A program made the translations under genes and the position numbers. The notes beneath the pieces were generated by a model. The model saw nothing but the letters and a program-made list of their open reading frames with translations. It made no database searches and was not told the DNA's origin. Source: a virus (lineage: Duplodnaviria; Caudoviricetes). From it: a DNA stretch of 64,000 bases. Shown here in pieces: positions 8,198-16,816 of the stretch. Every line of letters begins with the position of its first letter. Positions within the stretch are counted from its first letter, which is position 1. The stretch covers positions 1 through 64,000 of the IMG/VR virus record IMGVR_UViG_3300030744_000156. One strand, 5' to 3'.

Positions 8198-10129
8198 TCA
8201 TGCGGCGGTGCCTCCGAGCACCACGGCTACGCGCTCGGCGATCCACTGCGCGACGTTCGACGAGACGGCGTTCCCGGCCTGCATCGTGATCTCGCCGTTG
8301 TTGCCCTTGACCTTGTAGGTCTTCGGGAACCGCTGTGCTGCCAGGTGTTCGTACGGCGTCAACATCCGGAACCGACAGTCCTCGATCGCAAACGCCGGTT
8401 GCATCAGCCCGTGCTGCTCGCGGGTCGCCACGGTCGAAACTGGCTGTGAGTCCGCACGGTGCGGCTTCGCTCCGCGGCGGTACGGGATGACGAGGCTGTG
8501 GTTGCCGCCGGTGGCAGTGATCGCGCCCAGCGGGTGCGTGACGGGCTTGGACTTCGAAGCGTCGTGCCCGCCGTAGTGGCGAGTGACGAACGCGTTGTCC
8601 GGCACCACCAGGCCGTGGTGGTTGCCGCCAGCGGTGACGGTGCCGAGCGGGTGGTCGATCGGGCGGGCGGTGGATCCGCCGCCGCGCAGCTCGGCCACGA
8701 ACGGCGGCACGGTCAGCGCGTGGTTGCGTCCGGTGGTGAGCGGCGCGAGCGGCTCGTCGATCGACTTCGGCGTGTTGTTCGTGCGGTTCATCGTGATGAA
8801 CGGCGGCACCGCGACCCCGTCACCGATCTTCGTGGTGCGGGACGGCAACGGCCGCGAGTTGACCGGGTAGGCGCGGCCGGTGTCGTCGTCGTGGTTGACC
8901 GACAACATCACCGGCGGACACACGAGACCTTCGGTGTCGCGGGTGGTGCGGGTACGCATCGGCTGATCGACGGCGGACGGCGAGTCGTTCCACGTGCCGC
9001 CCGCTGGCGCGAGGAACGGCATCCCGGCAGCGGCGTACATAGAGCACTGCGGGTTGTGCCACGGTCCCGCTGCTTCGCCACGGGGGTCGTAGGTGGCGCA
9101 CTCCGAGCAGTAAGTCTCGGGAGGCGTCGCGATGCCGTCACCGGGCGTGCCGGTGCGGGCGTTGAACGCCGTGTCGTACGCGGGCCACGCGCGGACGTAG
9201 TCCGAGCCCGGCCTCTCCCACGTGTTCCCGCCTGCGGCCGCGATGACGGGTTGGGCGAACATGTCCAAGCCGACCTGGATGCGGCGCATCGTCTTGTCGG
9301 CCAGCGGCTTCGAGCGCTCGCCGATCACCTGGCCCAGGTCCGTCCAGTCGATCGCTGCGGCGGCGGGCAGGACGTACGGCTCGACGATCGCGTGACGACA
9401 CGCCGTGGACGGGCACCGGTACACGTACTGCTGCCCATACTTGCCGATCTTGCGGCGGTCGGGGCGCTTCCAGGACTGCACCGACTCGACCATCTCGTCA
9501 CAGGCGAAACAGAACGCAAGCGGACGCGGCGCGACATCCGGGAGCGGGATGTCCTTGCGGGTGAACACCAGATACAAGCGGTCGCGCCACTGCGGGGCGT
9601 GCGGGTTGCCGGGACCGCCGATGTGCGCGCTGGACACGCTGACGTACTGGACGTTGTAGCCGGGCCGCAGCTGGCACATGCCCTGCACCCACCAGTCGAA
9701 CAGCTCCCAGTCCGACGCGACGTTGGTGACGTTCTCCACGAGGATCGCCTTGTAGCGGTGGACCTCGGTAGCGCGGATGACGTCGTGGAACGTCGCGCGG
9801 GTGCGGTCGAGCGCGGCGGGAGCGACGTAGCCGTCTTCGTTGAGCTCGGCGAGCAGATCCATCTGGCCGCGGGACTTCTTGCGCCCACCGGCGGGGCTGA
9901 TCTCAGTGCAGATCGGCGAGGCCCACAGGATGTCGGTGCGCGGGAGTCGGCGCATGTCGTAGTTGGACACGTCGGCGCAGAGGTGGTCGGCTTCGGTGAA
10001 GTTTGCGGCGTGGGTCTCGATCGCCCGGTCCCAGTGGTTCGCGGCGAGTTTCAGCTCGAACCCGGCCGCAGCGAGGCCAATCGAGGATCCGCCCGCTCCA
10101 CAAAAAATATCCGTAAAGGTGATGCTCAC
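8198..10129 (-). CDS. DNA (cytosine-5) methyltransferase with repeat-expanded variable region
   Basis: Motif I DIFCGAGG, motif IV SPICTE, motif VI ENV, motif VIII QWRDRLY, C-terminal RMLTPYE...QRFP...QAGNAV. Confidence 0.92.
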   Translation of the reverse strand: MSITFTDIFCGAGGSSIGLAAAGFELKLAANHWDRAIETHAANFTEADHLCADVSNYDMRRLPRTDILWASPICTEISPAGGRKKSRGQMDLLAELNEDGYVAPAALDRTRATFHDVIRATEVHRYKAILVENVTNVASDWELFDWWVQGMCQLRPGYNVQYVSVSSAHIGGPGNPHAPQWRDRLYLVFTRKDIPLPDVAPRPLAFCFACDEMVESVQSWKRPDRRKIGKYGQQYVYRCPSTACRHAIVEPYVLPAAAAIDWTDLGQVIGERSKPLADKTMRRIQVGLDMFAQPVIAAAGGNTWERPGSDYVRAWPAYDTAFNARTGTPGDGIATPPETYCSECATYDPRGEAAGPWHNPQCSMYAAAGMPFLAPAGGTWNDSPSAVDQPMRTRTTRDTEGLVCPPVMLSVNHDDDTGRAYPVNSRPLPSRTTKIGDGVAVPPFITMNRTNNTPKSIDEPLAPLTTGRNHALTVPPFVAELRGGGSTARPIDHPLGTVTAGGNHHGLVVPDNAFVTRHYGGHDASKSKPVTHPLGAITATGGNHSLVIPYRRGAKPHRADSQPVSTVATREQHGLMQPAFAIEDCRFRMLTPYEHLAAQRFPKTYKVKGNNGEITMQAGNAVSSNVAQWIAERVAVVLGGTAA

Positions 10130-10614
10130 GGGTGGATCTCGCTTTCGTGGACGGTGAACCCGACCTCGCTGTCGACAAACGGTGCGCTGCGCTGGCAGTG
10201 GTCCTGCCGGTCGGCGCCGCACCAGCGGCAGCCGTTCGGCACGGGAATCGGCCCGCCAGCGTCGGTTGCCTGCTGCTCGCGGATCTCGGCGATCTCGGTG
10301 TGCAGGTCGCCGAACTCGTCGTAGAAGTGGCCCTCGTTGCGGCTGTTCCACGAGGTCGAGCAGCGGGGGCAGTTCCAGCTGTCGCCGTCGTGGTCGACTT
10401 CCTTGTTGCAGCCGAGGCAGATCGGGTACTGGTGCTCCAGCGCGGGCGGTGTGGTGAGGCCGCGCTTGATGCGGGCGCGCATGGAGCAGTTGCAGAGGTA
10501 CCAGCCCTTGATGGCCTGGTATTCGCACTGGTCGTCGTGCTCGCCGCGCTCGACCTCCTCGGCGTGCGACTTGGCCGCGCGCTCCTCGAAGCGCTTCATG
10601 ATGTCGTTAGGCAC
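10126..10614 (-). CDS. Hypothetical zinc-finger protein
   Basis: Several CxxC pairs (CLGC, CPRC, CRWC); coupled. Confidence 0.6.
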   Translation of the reverse strand: MPNDIMKRFEERAAKSHAEEVERGEHDDQCEYQAIKGWYLCNCSMRARIKRGLTTPPALEHQYPICLGCNKEVDHDGDSWNCPRCSTSWNSRNEGHFYDEFGDLHTEIAEIREQQATDAGGPIPVPNGCRWCGADRQDHCQRSAPFVDSEVGFTVHESEIHP

Positions 10615-10819
10615 GGTCGGCCTCCTTGCTGTGCTTGAGGTTCTCGACGACGGCGGGCCGGTGGTGGGGCGCGAGTTCGGCGATCGGTACGAACTCGGTG
10701 CCACCGGTCGGAATCACGTGCACCTCGTAGTGGCCGGCGGGGATGTCGACGCCTTCGGTGCGGGTCACGGTGACGGGGACGAGCTGGCCGTCGCGGGTCC
10801 ACAGGCAGGCGGTGCTCAC
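10607..10819 (-). CDS. Hypothetical protein
   Basis: GTG start, coupled. Confidence 0.5.
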   Translation of the reverse strand: MSTACLWTRDGQLVPVTVTRTEGVDIPAGHYEVHVIPTGGTEFVPIAELAPHHRPAVVENLKHSKEADRA

Positions 10820-11331
10820 GACGGATCCTCGTTCTCGGCCTCGGCGACGTGGTCGGTCTTGGTGGTGCACTGGCCCATCGCGCAGCGGACGGCGGTCTGC
10901 TGGTGGCCGAGCCACTTCTCGGCGAGGGCGAGCTGTTCCTCGTCTGTGCGCCGGTTCCAGCCGTCGACGAGCTCGCGGGCGGCCGGGAGCATGGCCGGGT
11001 CGGAGCCGATGGTGAGGCGCCGGATTTCGTCCTGCAGCGGCGTGATCGCGGCGGCCACGTCGGCGCGGTAGTGCTCGGCGGTGGTGTGCGAGCTGACGTC
11101 GGCCAGGGCCTGCCAGCTGGTGGCTCCGCCGTGCTGAGCGAACGCATCGAGGGCGGCGGCGAGCCACTGCTGGTCGAGGGGGCTGGCGTTGCGGCAGACG
11201 CAGTTGCCGAGACCGGGACAGCTCAGGCATCCCTCGCAGTGGTCGGAGTCGGGTTCGCCGCACTGCGGGGGTTCGCCGGCCATGCGGGCGTTGATGCACA
11301 CCAGCGGGTCGTTCGGATCCGAGGCGGTCAC
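10816..11331 (-). CDS. Hypothetical protein with Cys-rich N-terminus
   Basis: GTG start, coupled. Confidence 0.55.
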   Translation of the reverse strand: MTASDPNDPLVCINARMAGEPPQCGEPDSDHCEGCLSCPGLGNCVCRNASPLDQQWLAAALDAFAQHGGATSWQALADVSSHTTAEHYRADVAAAITPLQDEIRRLTIGSDPAMLPAARELVDGWNRRTDEEQLALAEKWLGHQQTAVRCAMGQCTTKTDHVAEAENEDPS

Positions 11332-11744
11332 GACTCGACCGCTTTCGCGTCGAACTCGGCCTGCTCTGCGGCGGCGCGGTCGCGCAGCACAGCGAGGTCG
11401 AACGGCATGGGCGCGTGCTGGCTGGTGGCCTTGGTGATGCCGAGCGGTTTCTTCATCTCCTGCACGACAACCCACACGGTCAGCTCGATTCCGTCCGCTG
11501 TGGTTCCCGTGATAGAGACCGAGGCGGCGCGCGGGTAGTCCTTGCTTCGTGACCACGGCAGGGCCGTGGCGGTCGCTTCGGTGAGGCTGTCGGCCCACTT
11601 GGTCAACTCGGTGGCGCTCAGCTCGGTGTACGTCAGCTGGAGGATGCGGTGCGCCGGGGTGTTGACGGGGCGCAGCCCTGGGTTGGCGCGGAGGTGGTTC
11701 GCGACTGCGGTCAAGAAGTCAGCGAGATCGGTTGCGGCGGTCAT
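11328..11744 (-). CDS. Hypothetical protein
   Basis: ORF track, coupled. Confidence 0.6.
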   Translation of the reverse strand: MTAATDLADFLTAVANHLRANPGLRPVNTPAHRILQLTYTELSATELTKWADSLTEATATALPWSRSKDYPRAASVSITGTTADGIELTVWVVVQEMKKPLGITKATSQHAPMPFDLAVLRDRAAAEQAEFDAKAVES

Positions 11745-12001
11745 CGGGTTTCTCCGGGCTCGGTGTCGGTGGTGGGGTGCTGGTTGCCGTGCTGGCCGTG
11801 GAACGGGTCGGGGTCGAGTTCCTCGCGGAAGATCCGGTCCACCTTGCGGGCGGCGAGGTACAGGGAGCGGGCGGCGAGCAGGACGACGAACGCGACCAGG
11901 CCGAGCACGGCGGACGCGGTGTCGAACAGGGCGGCCAGGCCGACATAGAGGCCGACGGCGATGGCGGCGAGCACGATGAGGTAGGCGGCGGTCCGGTTCA
12001 C
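11741..12001 (-). CDS. Small membrane protein (2 TM)
   Basis: Two hydrophobic stretches; GTG start coupled. Confidence 0.6.
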   Translation of the reverse strand: MNRTAAYLIVLAAIAVGLYVGLAALFDTASAVLGLVAFVVLLAARSLYLAARKVDRIFREELDPDPFHGQHGNQHPTTDTEPGETR

Positions 12002-12189
12002 CGTGCTGCTCCTGCCGGGGTGAGGACGTCCACAGCGGACTCGTGGAGCGGGATGTCGGGGCCGCCGGTGTAGAGGCTGGTGTGGAGGAGGTGGTTGTCG
12101 TCGGGGCCGTCTATGGCGTTCACCGTGAGTCGGGAGTTTGTGCCGTGGGGGCGGACGACGTCGTGGACGCGGGCACGGTGGTCGTTCAT
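11998..12189 (-). CDS. Hypothetical protein
   Basis: ORF track, coupled. Confidence 0.5.
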   Translation of the reverse strand: MNDHRARVHDVVRPHGTNSRLTVNAIDGPDDNHLLHTSLYTGGPDIPLHESAVDVLTPAGAAR

Positions 12190-12452
12190 CGCTCACGCTC
12201 CTGCGGCAGGGCCTTGAGGAGTTGGCCGGCGTAGGCGCGTTCGATGCGGTCCCGCTCGACCTTGTTGCAGGCTGCGGTGAGCTTCCAGTCCGGCACCATC
12301 TGCGGGTTGGACTGCCGCAGGCGCTGCAGCTGGTCGCGGTCGCGGATGTCCTGATCCAACTCGACCTGGGCTCGGTTGACAGCGTCGGCAAGGAATTGGC
12401 GGGTGTGTGCTGCGCCGGCTTCGGTACGCGGCTGGCGGGTTGGGGTGCTCAT
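12186..12452 (-). CDS. Hypothetical coiled-coil protein
   Basis: ORF track, coupled. Confidence 0.55.
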   Translation of the reverse strand: MSTPTRQPRTEAGAAHTRQFLADAVNRAQVELDQDIRDRDQLQRLRQSNPQMVPDWKLTAACNKVERDRIERAYAGQLLKALPQERER

Positions 12453-12868
12453 GCTGCTGTTCCCTCTTGGATGGTGGCGATCGCGGTGGGGGTGTCGACG
12501 AGCGGGGGGATCGGGCGTGCTTCGACGCTGTCGCGGAAGTCGAGCAGCAACGCGGTCACCGGCTCGTCGGCCACCGGGTCAGCGGAGCCGAGTCTGTCGA
12601 GGAGTCGGTCGCTGGCGCGGACGGCAGGGGCCTCGCGGATCCGCTCAATGAAGCGGCGGATCACGCCGGGACGTTCGACCTGGCGGGTGCCGCCGTCGAT
12701 GGTCATCACCCAGGCGCTGTTCGAGGTGAACCGCCATCCGTCGGCGGCGATGACGCCCTCAACGGCGCGGCGGGTGATGTCAGGCCCCCAGGAGCCGTAG
12801 AAGCGGCGGCGGCTGGTGACGACGCAGGACTTGTTGGCCAGGTCCACGTGAACGGTCGCGCGCTTCAC
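12449..12868 (-). CDS. Hypothetical protein
   Basis: GTG start, coupled. Confidence 0.55.
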   Translation of the reverse strand: MKRATVHVDLANKSCVVTSRRRFYGSWGPDITRRAVEGVIAADGWRFTSNSAWVMTIDGGTRQVERPGVIRRFIERIREAPAVRASDRLLDRLGSADPVADEPVTALLLDFRDSVEARPIPPLVDTPTAIATIQEGTAA

Positions 12869-13230
12869 TGGGTGCCCCCAAGGATCCGAAGCAGGTCGCT
12901 CTTGAACGTGTTGATCCGGTTGGCTCCGGAGGTGGGGTCGAGGCTGTTGGCCATGCGCTCGATGTCGTCGCGGCGGCGGCAGTGGCGGGCGAGCATGTCG
13001 GCCTGCTTGCCGCACTTGGCCTTCAGGTCGTTGATGTCGCCGTACAGCTCGTCGATGTGGGCGAGCAGCGCGGGCACGGTGGCGGCCATGCGGTCGGTCT
13101 TCTCGGGAGACGGCGAGATCGGGTGCTTGGCCTCGTAGTCCTGGCGGATGCCGAGGACCTGAAGCTGGCGGGCGGTCAACTTGTCGGGGTCGGCCTGCGC
13201 GAGGCGGTTGATGTTCGGGAAGTCGCTCAC
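12865..13230 (-). CDS. Hypothetical coiled-coil protein
   Basis: GTG start, coupled. Confidence 0.55.
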   Translation of the reverse strand: MSDFPNINRLAQADPDKLTARQLQVLGIRQDYEAKHPISPSPEKTDRMAATVPALLAHIDELYGDINDLKAKCGKQADMLARHCRRRDDIERMANSLDPTSGANRINTFKSDLLRILGGTQ

Positions 13231-13535
13231 TGCGCACCGCCCAACTCGGCGATGCGGGCCTGCACCAGGGTGGCGGCCCATGCCAAGCCAGCGGCGAGAC
13301 CCGCCTCGCGGCTGTCGTCGGTGAAGTTCTCCGCAGGGGAGTCCTTCAGGGCCTGTTCCAGGGTCGTGAGCAGTCGCTTCAGCTCGGCCGCCGCGAGAAT
13401 GGGCGTTGCGCTCGTGATGGCGACGTCCAGGGGCGCACCCTGGTCCTTCAGTTCCTCGGCGGTCTCCAGCGCCTTGTCCAGCACGTCGAATTCGATGCGG
13501 CGGCCATCGTCGGTGTAGAGGATGTTCGTGCTCAT
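13227..13535 (-). CDS. Hypothetical protein
   Basis: ATG start, coupled. Confidence 0.55.
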   Translation of the reverse strand: MSTNILYTDDGRRIEFDVLDKALETAEELKDQGAPLDVAITSATPILAAAELKRLLTTLEQALKDSPAENFTDDSREAGLAAGLAWAATLVQARIAELGGAQ

Positions 13536-13696
13536 CGGACGGTCACCATCCCGAGGGCGGCGACCTCTGCGCGGGCCTCGGCCTTCCAGGACTGGCGTTC
13601 CGTGGCGCGCTGCTGGCCGTGGCTGCGGCGCTTGTCGCACGGGCTGGTGCGGGCGGCGATGGTGCCCACGAGCTTCGCGGTGGTAGAGACGTTCAT
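13532..13696 (-). CDS. Small basic hypothetical protein
   Basis: ATG after GGGAG RBS. Confidence 0.5.
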   Translation of the reverse strand: MNVSTTAKLVGTIAARTSPCDKRRSHGQQRATERQSWKAEARAEVAALGMVTVR

Positions 13697-13741
13697 CGGT
13701 GGCTCCCGATCAGAGTCGCGGCGGGCGAACAGGTTTGGGAT

Positions 13742-13781
13742 GGCACCGCCAGGCGCGGGAGGGGTGTGGCCTGGCGGTGCC
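13742..13781 (-). terminator. 13-bp perfect hairpin, 14-nt loop (C-rich on -)
   Basis: GGCACCGCCAGGC / GCCTGGCGGTGCC. Confidence 0.5.
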
Positions 13782-13785
13782 GAGA

Positions 13786-13980
13786 TCAGCGGGACGTGGC
13801 GCCCGGCGGGGTGGCGACCGTGAAGAACGGCGAGTACGCGGGCCTGTCCGGGCCGGCGAGGAACATCAGCGCCAGCAGCAGGGTGCTGGCGGCGAACCCG
13901 CCGATGACGGCCCAGCCGATGCGGCGGCTGGTGCTGGCGAGGATCGGCGTCGTGTCGATCCGGGTGAGTCGGTGCTTCAC
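13786..13980 (-). CDS. Small single-TM membrane protein
   Basis: IGWAVIGGFAASTLLLALMFLAG; GGGAG upstream of GTG. Confidence 0.5.
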   Translation of the reverse strand: MKHRLTRIDTTPILASTSRRIGWAVIGGFAASTLLLALMFLAGPDRPAYSPFFTVATPPGATSR

Positions 13981-14024
13981 GGGGTACTCCCAACACGGTT
14001 GCGATGCGGTGCGGTTGGTTGGTC

Positions 14025-14070
14025 GACGTCGCCGGGCTCGGGGGAAGCGGGACACGAGCCCGGCGACGTC
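14025..14070 (-). terminator. 16-bp perfect hairpin, 14-nt loop (C-rich on -)
   Basis: GACGTCGCCGGGCTCG / CGAGCCCGGCGACGTC. Confidence 0.55.
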
Positions 14071-14074
14071 ACGA

Positions 14075-14482
14075 TCAGGCGGCGGCGAGGTCGCTGACGT
14101 AGGACTGCAGGTCCGCCACGTGGTGCGTGACGAGGTTCAGCGACGTGTCGGCCTGGTCCATGAGCGGCAGCTCGACCGTGTCGCCGAAGGGCGTGCCGTT
14201 GTCGAGGCGCAGGAAGCGGCCGGTGATGAGCACGCGGCCCGAGGCCGGCAGGGCGTGGACAGCGGAGACGAGCAGGCGCATCCGGCCGCAGTGCTCGCTG
14301 AGCACGTCGCCTTCCCGGACCTCGCCTGCCGGGATGGGGCAGGCGAGGAGGCGGTCGAGTAGGCGGAGGCGGAGCTCCTCGTGTTCGCGGCGGGCAAGCT
14401 CGTCGAGAGCGGCGGCGGCGTGAACGGGGACGCGTTCGGCGAGGCGGAGGAGCAGGTGCTCGGGGAAGCGGGTAAGGCGCAT
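14075..14482 (-). CDS. Hypothetical protein
   Basis: ATG after GAGGAG RBS. Confidence 0.55.
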   Translation of the reverse strand: MRLTRFPEHLLLRLAERVPVHAAAALDELARREHEELRLRLLDRLLACPIPAGEVREGDVLSEHCGRMRLLVSAVHALPASGRVLITGRFLRLDNGTPFGDTVELPLMDQADTSLNLVTHHVADLQSYVSDLAAA

Positions 14483-14510
14483 CAGGGGCTCCTCGCTGGG
14501 CGGCGGGTGG

Positions 14511-15137
14511 TCAGGCGGGGATGCGGGTGACGAGTGCGTCGACCTGGGCGCTGATCTCGATGAGCTGAGCGCGGGTGACGGCGGCGTCTGCGGCGACGCG
14601 GAGCCCGTCGATCTGCTGCTCCGCACGAGCGCACATGTCGTCGCTGGCCAACTCGTCGAGACGGTGGTGCAGGGCGTCGCGGTGGCGGCCGAGGTCGGTG
14701 CGGAGCGGAAAGGCCTCGCCCAGGCGGGCGTCCGCTGCGACGAGTGCTTCGGCGGTGATCGCTCCGGCAGCCTCGGTCCAGACCGCCCAGTACGTCTCGT
14801 CGGACGGGGTGCTGGAGTCGCCGGGCAGGGACTCGAACGCGCTGGTGTCGTCAAGGAATTCGACGGTGTGGCCGCGCTTCGCCCAGGCGGCGGTGAGGTG
14901 GTCGCGGATCAGGCTGTGGGCGGCGGTGTTGAGTTCGCGGCGCCAGGCGGTGACGAGGTCGCTGTCGAACATGTTGCCGAGGTCGTAGAGGGCGGGTTGG
15001 TCGGACTCGTTCCAGGCGTAGGCGGGGCAGTCGGTAACGACCAGCCGTCCGGTTTCGATGAGGATGGAACCGGACGTGTCGAGCAGCACAGTGGTGCCGT
15101 TGGCGCCAGCGGAGCGCTCCAGGATCGGTGCGGCCAT
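14511..15137 (-). CDS. Hypothetical protein, first gene of a leftward sub-operon
   Basis: ORF track; GGGGAG RBS. Confidence 0.6.
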   Translation of the reverse strand: MAAPILERSAGANGTTVLLDTSGSILIETGRLVVTDCPAYAWNESDQPALYDLGNMFDSDLVTAWRRELNTAAHSLIRDHLTAAWAKRGHTVEFLDDTSAFESLPGDSSTPSDETYWAVWTEAAGAITAEALVAADARLGEAFPLRTDLGRHRDALHHRLDELASDDMCARAEQQIDGLRVAADAAVTRAQLIEISAQVDALVTRIPA

Positions 15138-15188
15138 CTCAGTCTCCCCTGTTCACCGGTTTCTGTAAGACAGAAACGTACGCCCAAC

Positions 15189-15219
15189 CGTCCGGTTTCG
15201 CAAGACTTAAAACCGGACG
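15189..15219. promoter_or_regulatory. Palindromic operator copy
   Basis: CGTCCGGTTT-N11-AAACCGGACG in the divergent intergenic region. Confidence 0.75.
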
Positions 15220-15267
15220 CTTCCTCCGCTACCCTCCGAGCAGGCCCAACCCCACGACGGAGGTGAC

Positions 15268-15471
15268 GTGACCACAAACAAGGGAGGCCGACCGCCATCC
15301 CCAGACGCCCTCGACGACTCGTACACCTTCCGCACCTACAGGCGGGTGCTGCGCCGCTTCCTCGCGCTCGCGGGCCCGTCAGTACTCACCCAGTTCATGG
15401 CCTGGTACATCGGCGACGAGCGAGCCGAACTGCCTGAACGACCCTGCCCCGTCGCAGAAGACGCAGCCTGA
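15268..15471 (+). CDS. Small putative DNA-binding protein (RHH-like), counter-oriented
   Basis: GTG after GGAGGTG RBS; GGRPP...LRRFLALAGPSVLTQFMAWY. Confidence 0.55.
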   Translation: MTTNKGGRPPSPDALDDSYTFRTYRRVLRRFLALAGPSVLTQFMAWYIGDERAELPERPCPVAEDAA

Positions 15472-15569
15472 CCGCGTAGCCTTCCCCTTGCGGTGTAGCG
15501 GTTGGCGCGAACAGCAACGGCCCCTGACGTCCTACCTGGACATCAGGGGCCGTTGTCGTGCCTGCCCGT

Positions 15570-15689
15570 CTATCCGCCCTCGCCAAGGGCTTCCCACAGC
15601 CGCTCAGCAGCAGCCGGATCGTCCTGTGCCCGACGGGCCAGCGCCTGCATCTCCTCGTCCGACAGCGGCTGCTCGTCGGGTTCGCCCAT
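15570..15689 (-). CDS. Small acidic hypothetical protein
   Basis: TGATG coupling with the upstream gene. Confidence 0.35.
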   Translation of the reverse strand: MGEPDEQPLSDEEMQALARRAQDDPAAAERLWEALGEGG

Positions 15690-16063
15690 CACCAAACCTT
15701 TCGCACCGCACTCGTCAACGCCTTCCACAGCGATCTCGACTGCGGCTGAACCCACATCCCAGACGGTGCCGACCCGATCACCGCGTCGGCTTGCGGGGCG
15801 ACCGTGATCCGCTGCGCGAACTCGGCCCGCACCTGCACGGCCTCCTCCGCCGCGACCGGAACAGCTGGCGGCGGTGGGTCCTGCGAGCCGTCGTCCAAGA
15901 CCACGCGCTCAGCCTTGCCCGGCCCGATCGCCCACTGCTCGGTCCACCGTCTCCGGCATGCCCCGTCCGCGAACCGCGGTGCAAGCCCGTCGTTGTCAAC
16001 GGGCGTCTCGCATCCGCAGGCACACAGGCCTGGGTCGTGTTTGGTGAAGTTGCTGTGCGGCAT
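15689..16063 (-). CDS. Hypothetical protein with CACGC zinc-binding motif
   Basis: ORF track. Confidence 0.55.
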   Translation of the reverse strand: MPHSNFTKHDPGLCACGCETPVDNDGLAPRFADGACRRRWTEQWAIGPGKAERVVLDDGSQDPPPPAVPVAAEEAVQVRAEFAQRITVAPQADAVIGSAPSGMWVQPQSRSLWKALTSAVRKVW

Positions 16064-16395
16064 CAGGTTCTCCTGCCCGCGGTCTTGGCCTGCCGCCTCG
16101 GCGGCGCCGTCTCGGCCGGCTGCTCGGGCACGGCAGTCTCAGGCGCGGCGAGGGCGTCCGGCGGGGCATCGGCGATCTCGGTGACCTCGATGCCGTCCTT
16201 CTTCAGCTCGGCGAGCTTGGCGTGGAGCAAGCCGCGGGCGGTGCACTGCTGGACGTCGTGCTGCCGGCGGGCGGCTTCGCTGAGGATCGTGCCGTCGCCG
16301 AACTGGTCGGCTTTCGCGGCGAGGCTGGTGGCCTTGGCCAGGTGCTGTTCCCAGGTCCAGTCGGTGTAGTCAGGGTGTTCGAGTGATTCGGTCAA
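16063..16395 (-). CDS. Hypothetical protein
   Basis: ORF track; TGATG coupling. Confidence 0.55.
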   Translation of the reverse strand: MTESLEHPDYTDWTWEQHLAKATSLAAKADQFGDGTILSEAARRQHDVQQCTARGLLHAKLAELKKDGIEVTEIADAPPDALAAPETAVPEQPAETAPPRRQAKTAGRRT

Positions 16396-16441
16396 CGGAT
16401 GCCCTCTTCTGCTTGTGCCACTGGCGTGCGGTTTAGGGTGG

Positions 16442-16708
16442 TCATGTCTGCACCTCGCGCGGTGCTAGTCCCGGCATGGGTGTCATGCAGTGCACGCAGA
16501 AGTCGTGCTCGGGCTTGTCGCACTGATTGGCGACTGGCTCGTGGCCGAAGACGTTGCAGAGCACGGCGAGTCCAGCGGTTTCGAGCCGGTCCCGCCAGTT
16601 CCACCGCCAGCCTTCCGGCGCGTCGGACATGATCAGGCGGTCGTACTGGGTGTCGGTGAGCCAGAACTTCAGGCGCTGCGCCCACTTCGGGCGGCGGATT
16701 TCAGCCAC
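16442..16708 (-). CDS. Hypothetical protein (C-terminal Cys/His cluster)
   Basis: GTG after GGAGG RBS. Confidence 0.55.
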   Translation of the reverse strand: MAEIRRPKWAQRLKFWLTDTQYDRLIMSDAPEGWRWNWRDRLETAGLAVLCNVFGHEPVANQCDKPEHDFCVHCMTPMPGLAPREVQT

Positions 16709-16816
16709 GACGCCTCCCCCGCCACACGAGCGCCAGCAGGAACGCCAGTGCGGCGGCCGGAGCGAGTACGAACTTGAAGCAGCCCCGGCCGTTCGCCCAC
16801 TGCTCACCAGAGCCCA

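Noticed and set aside
8459-10324. Long + strand ORFs opposite real genes (also 24074..25459, 44552..46120 on minus, 59278..60804 on minus and many others)
   Set aside because: These are antisense or frame shadows typical of high-GC DNA. They are Arg/Ala/Gly-rich, have no motifs, and overlap well-supported genes.
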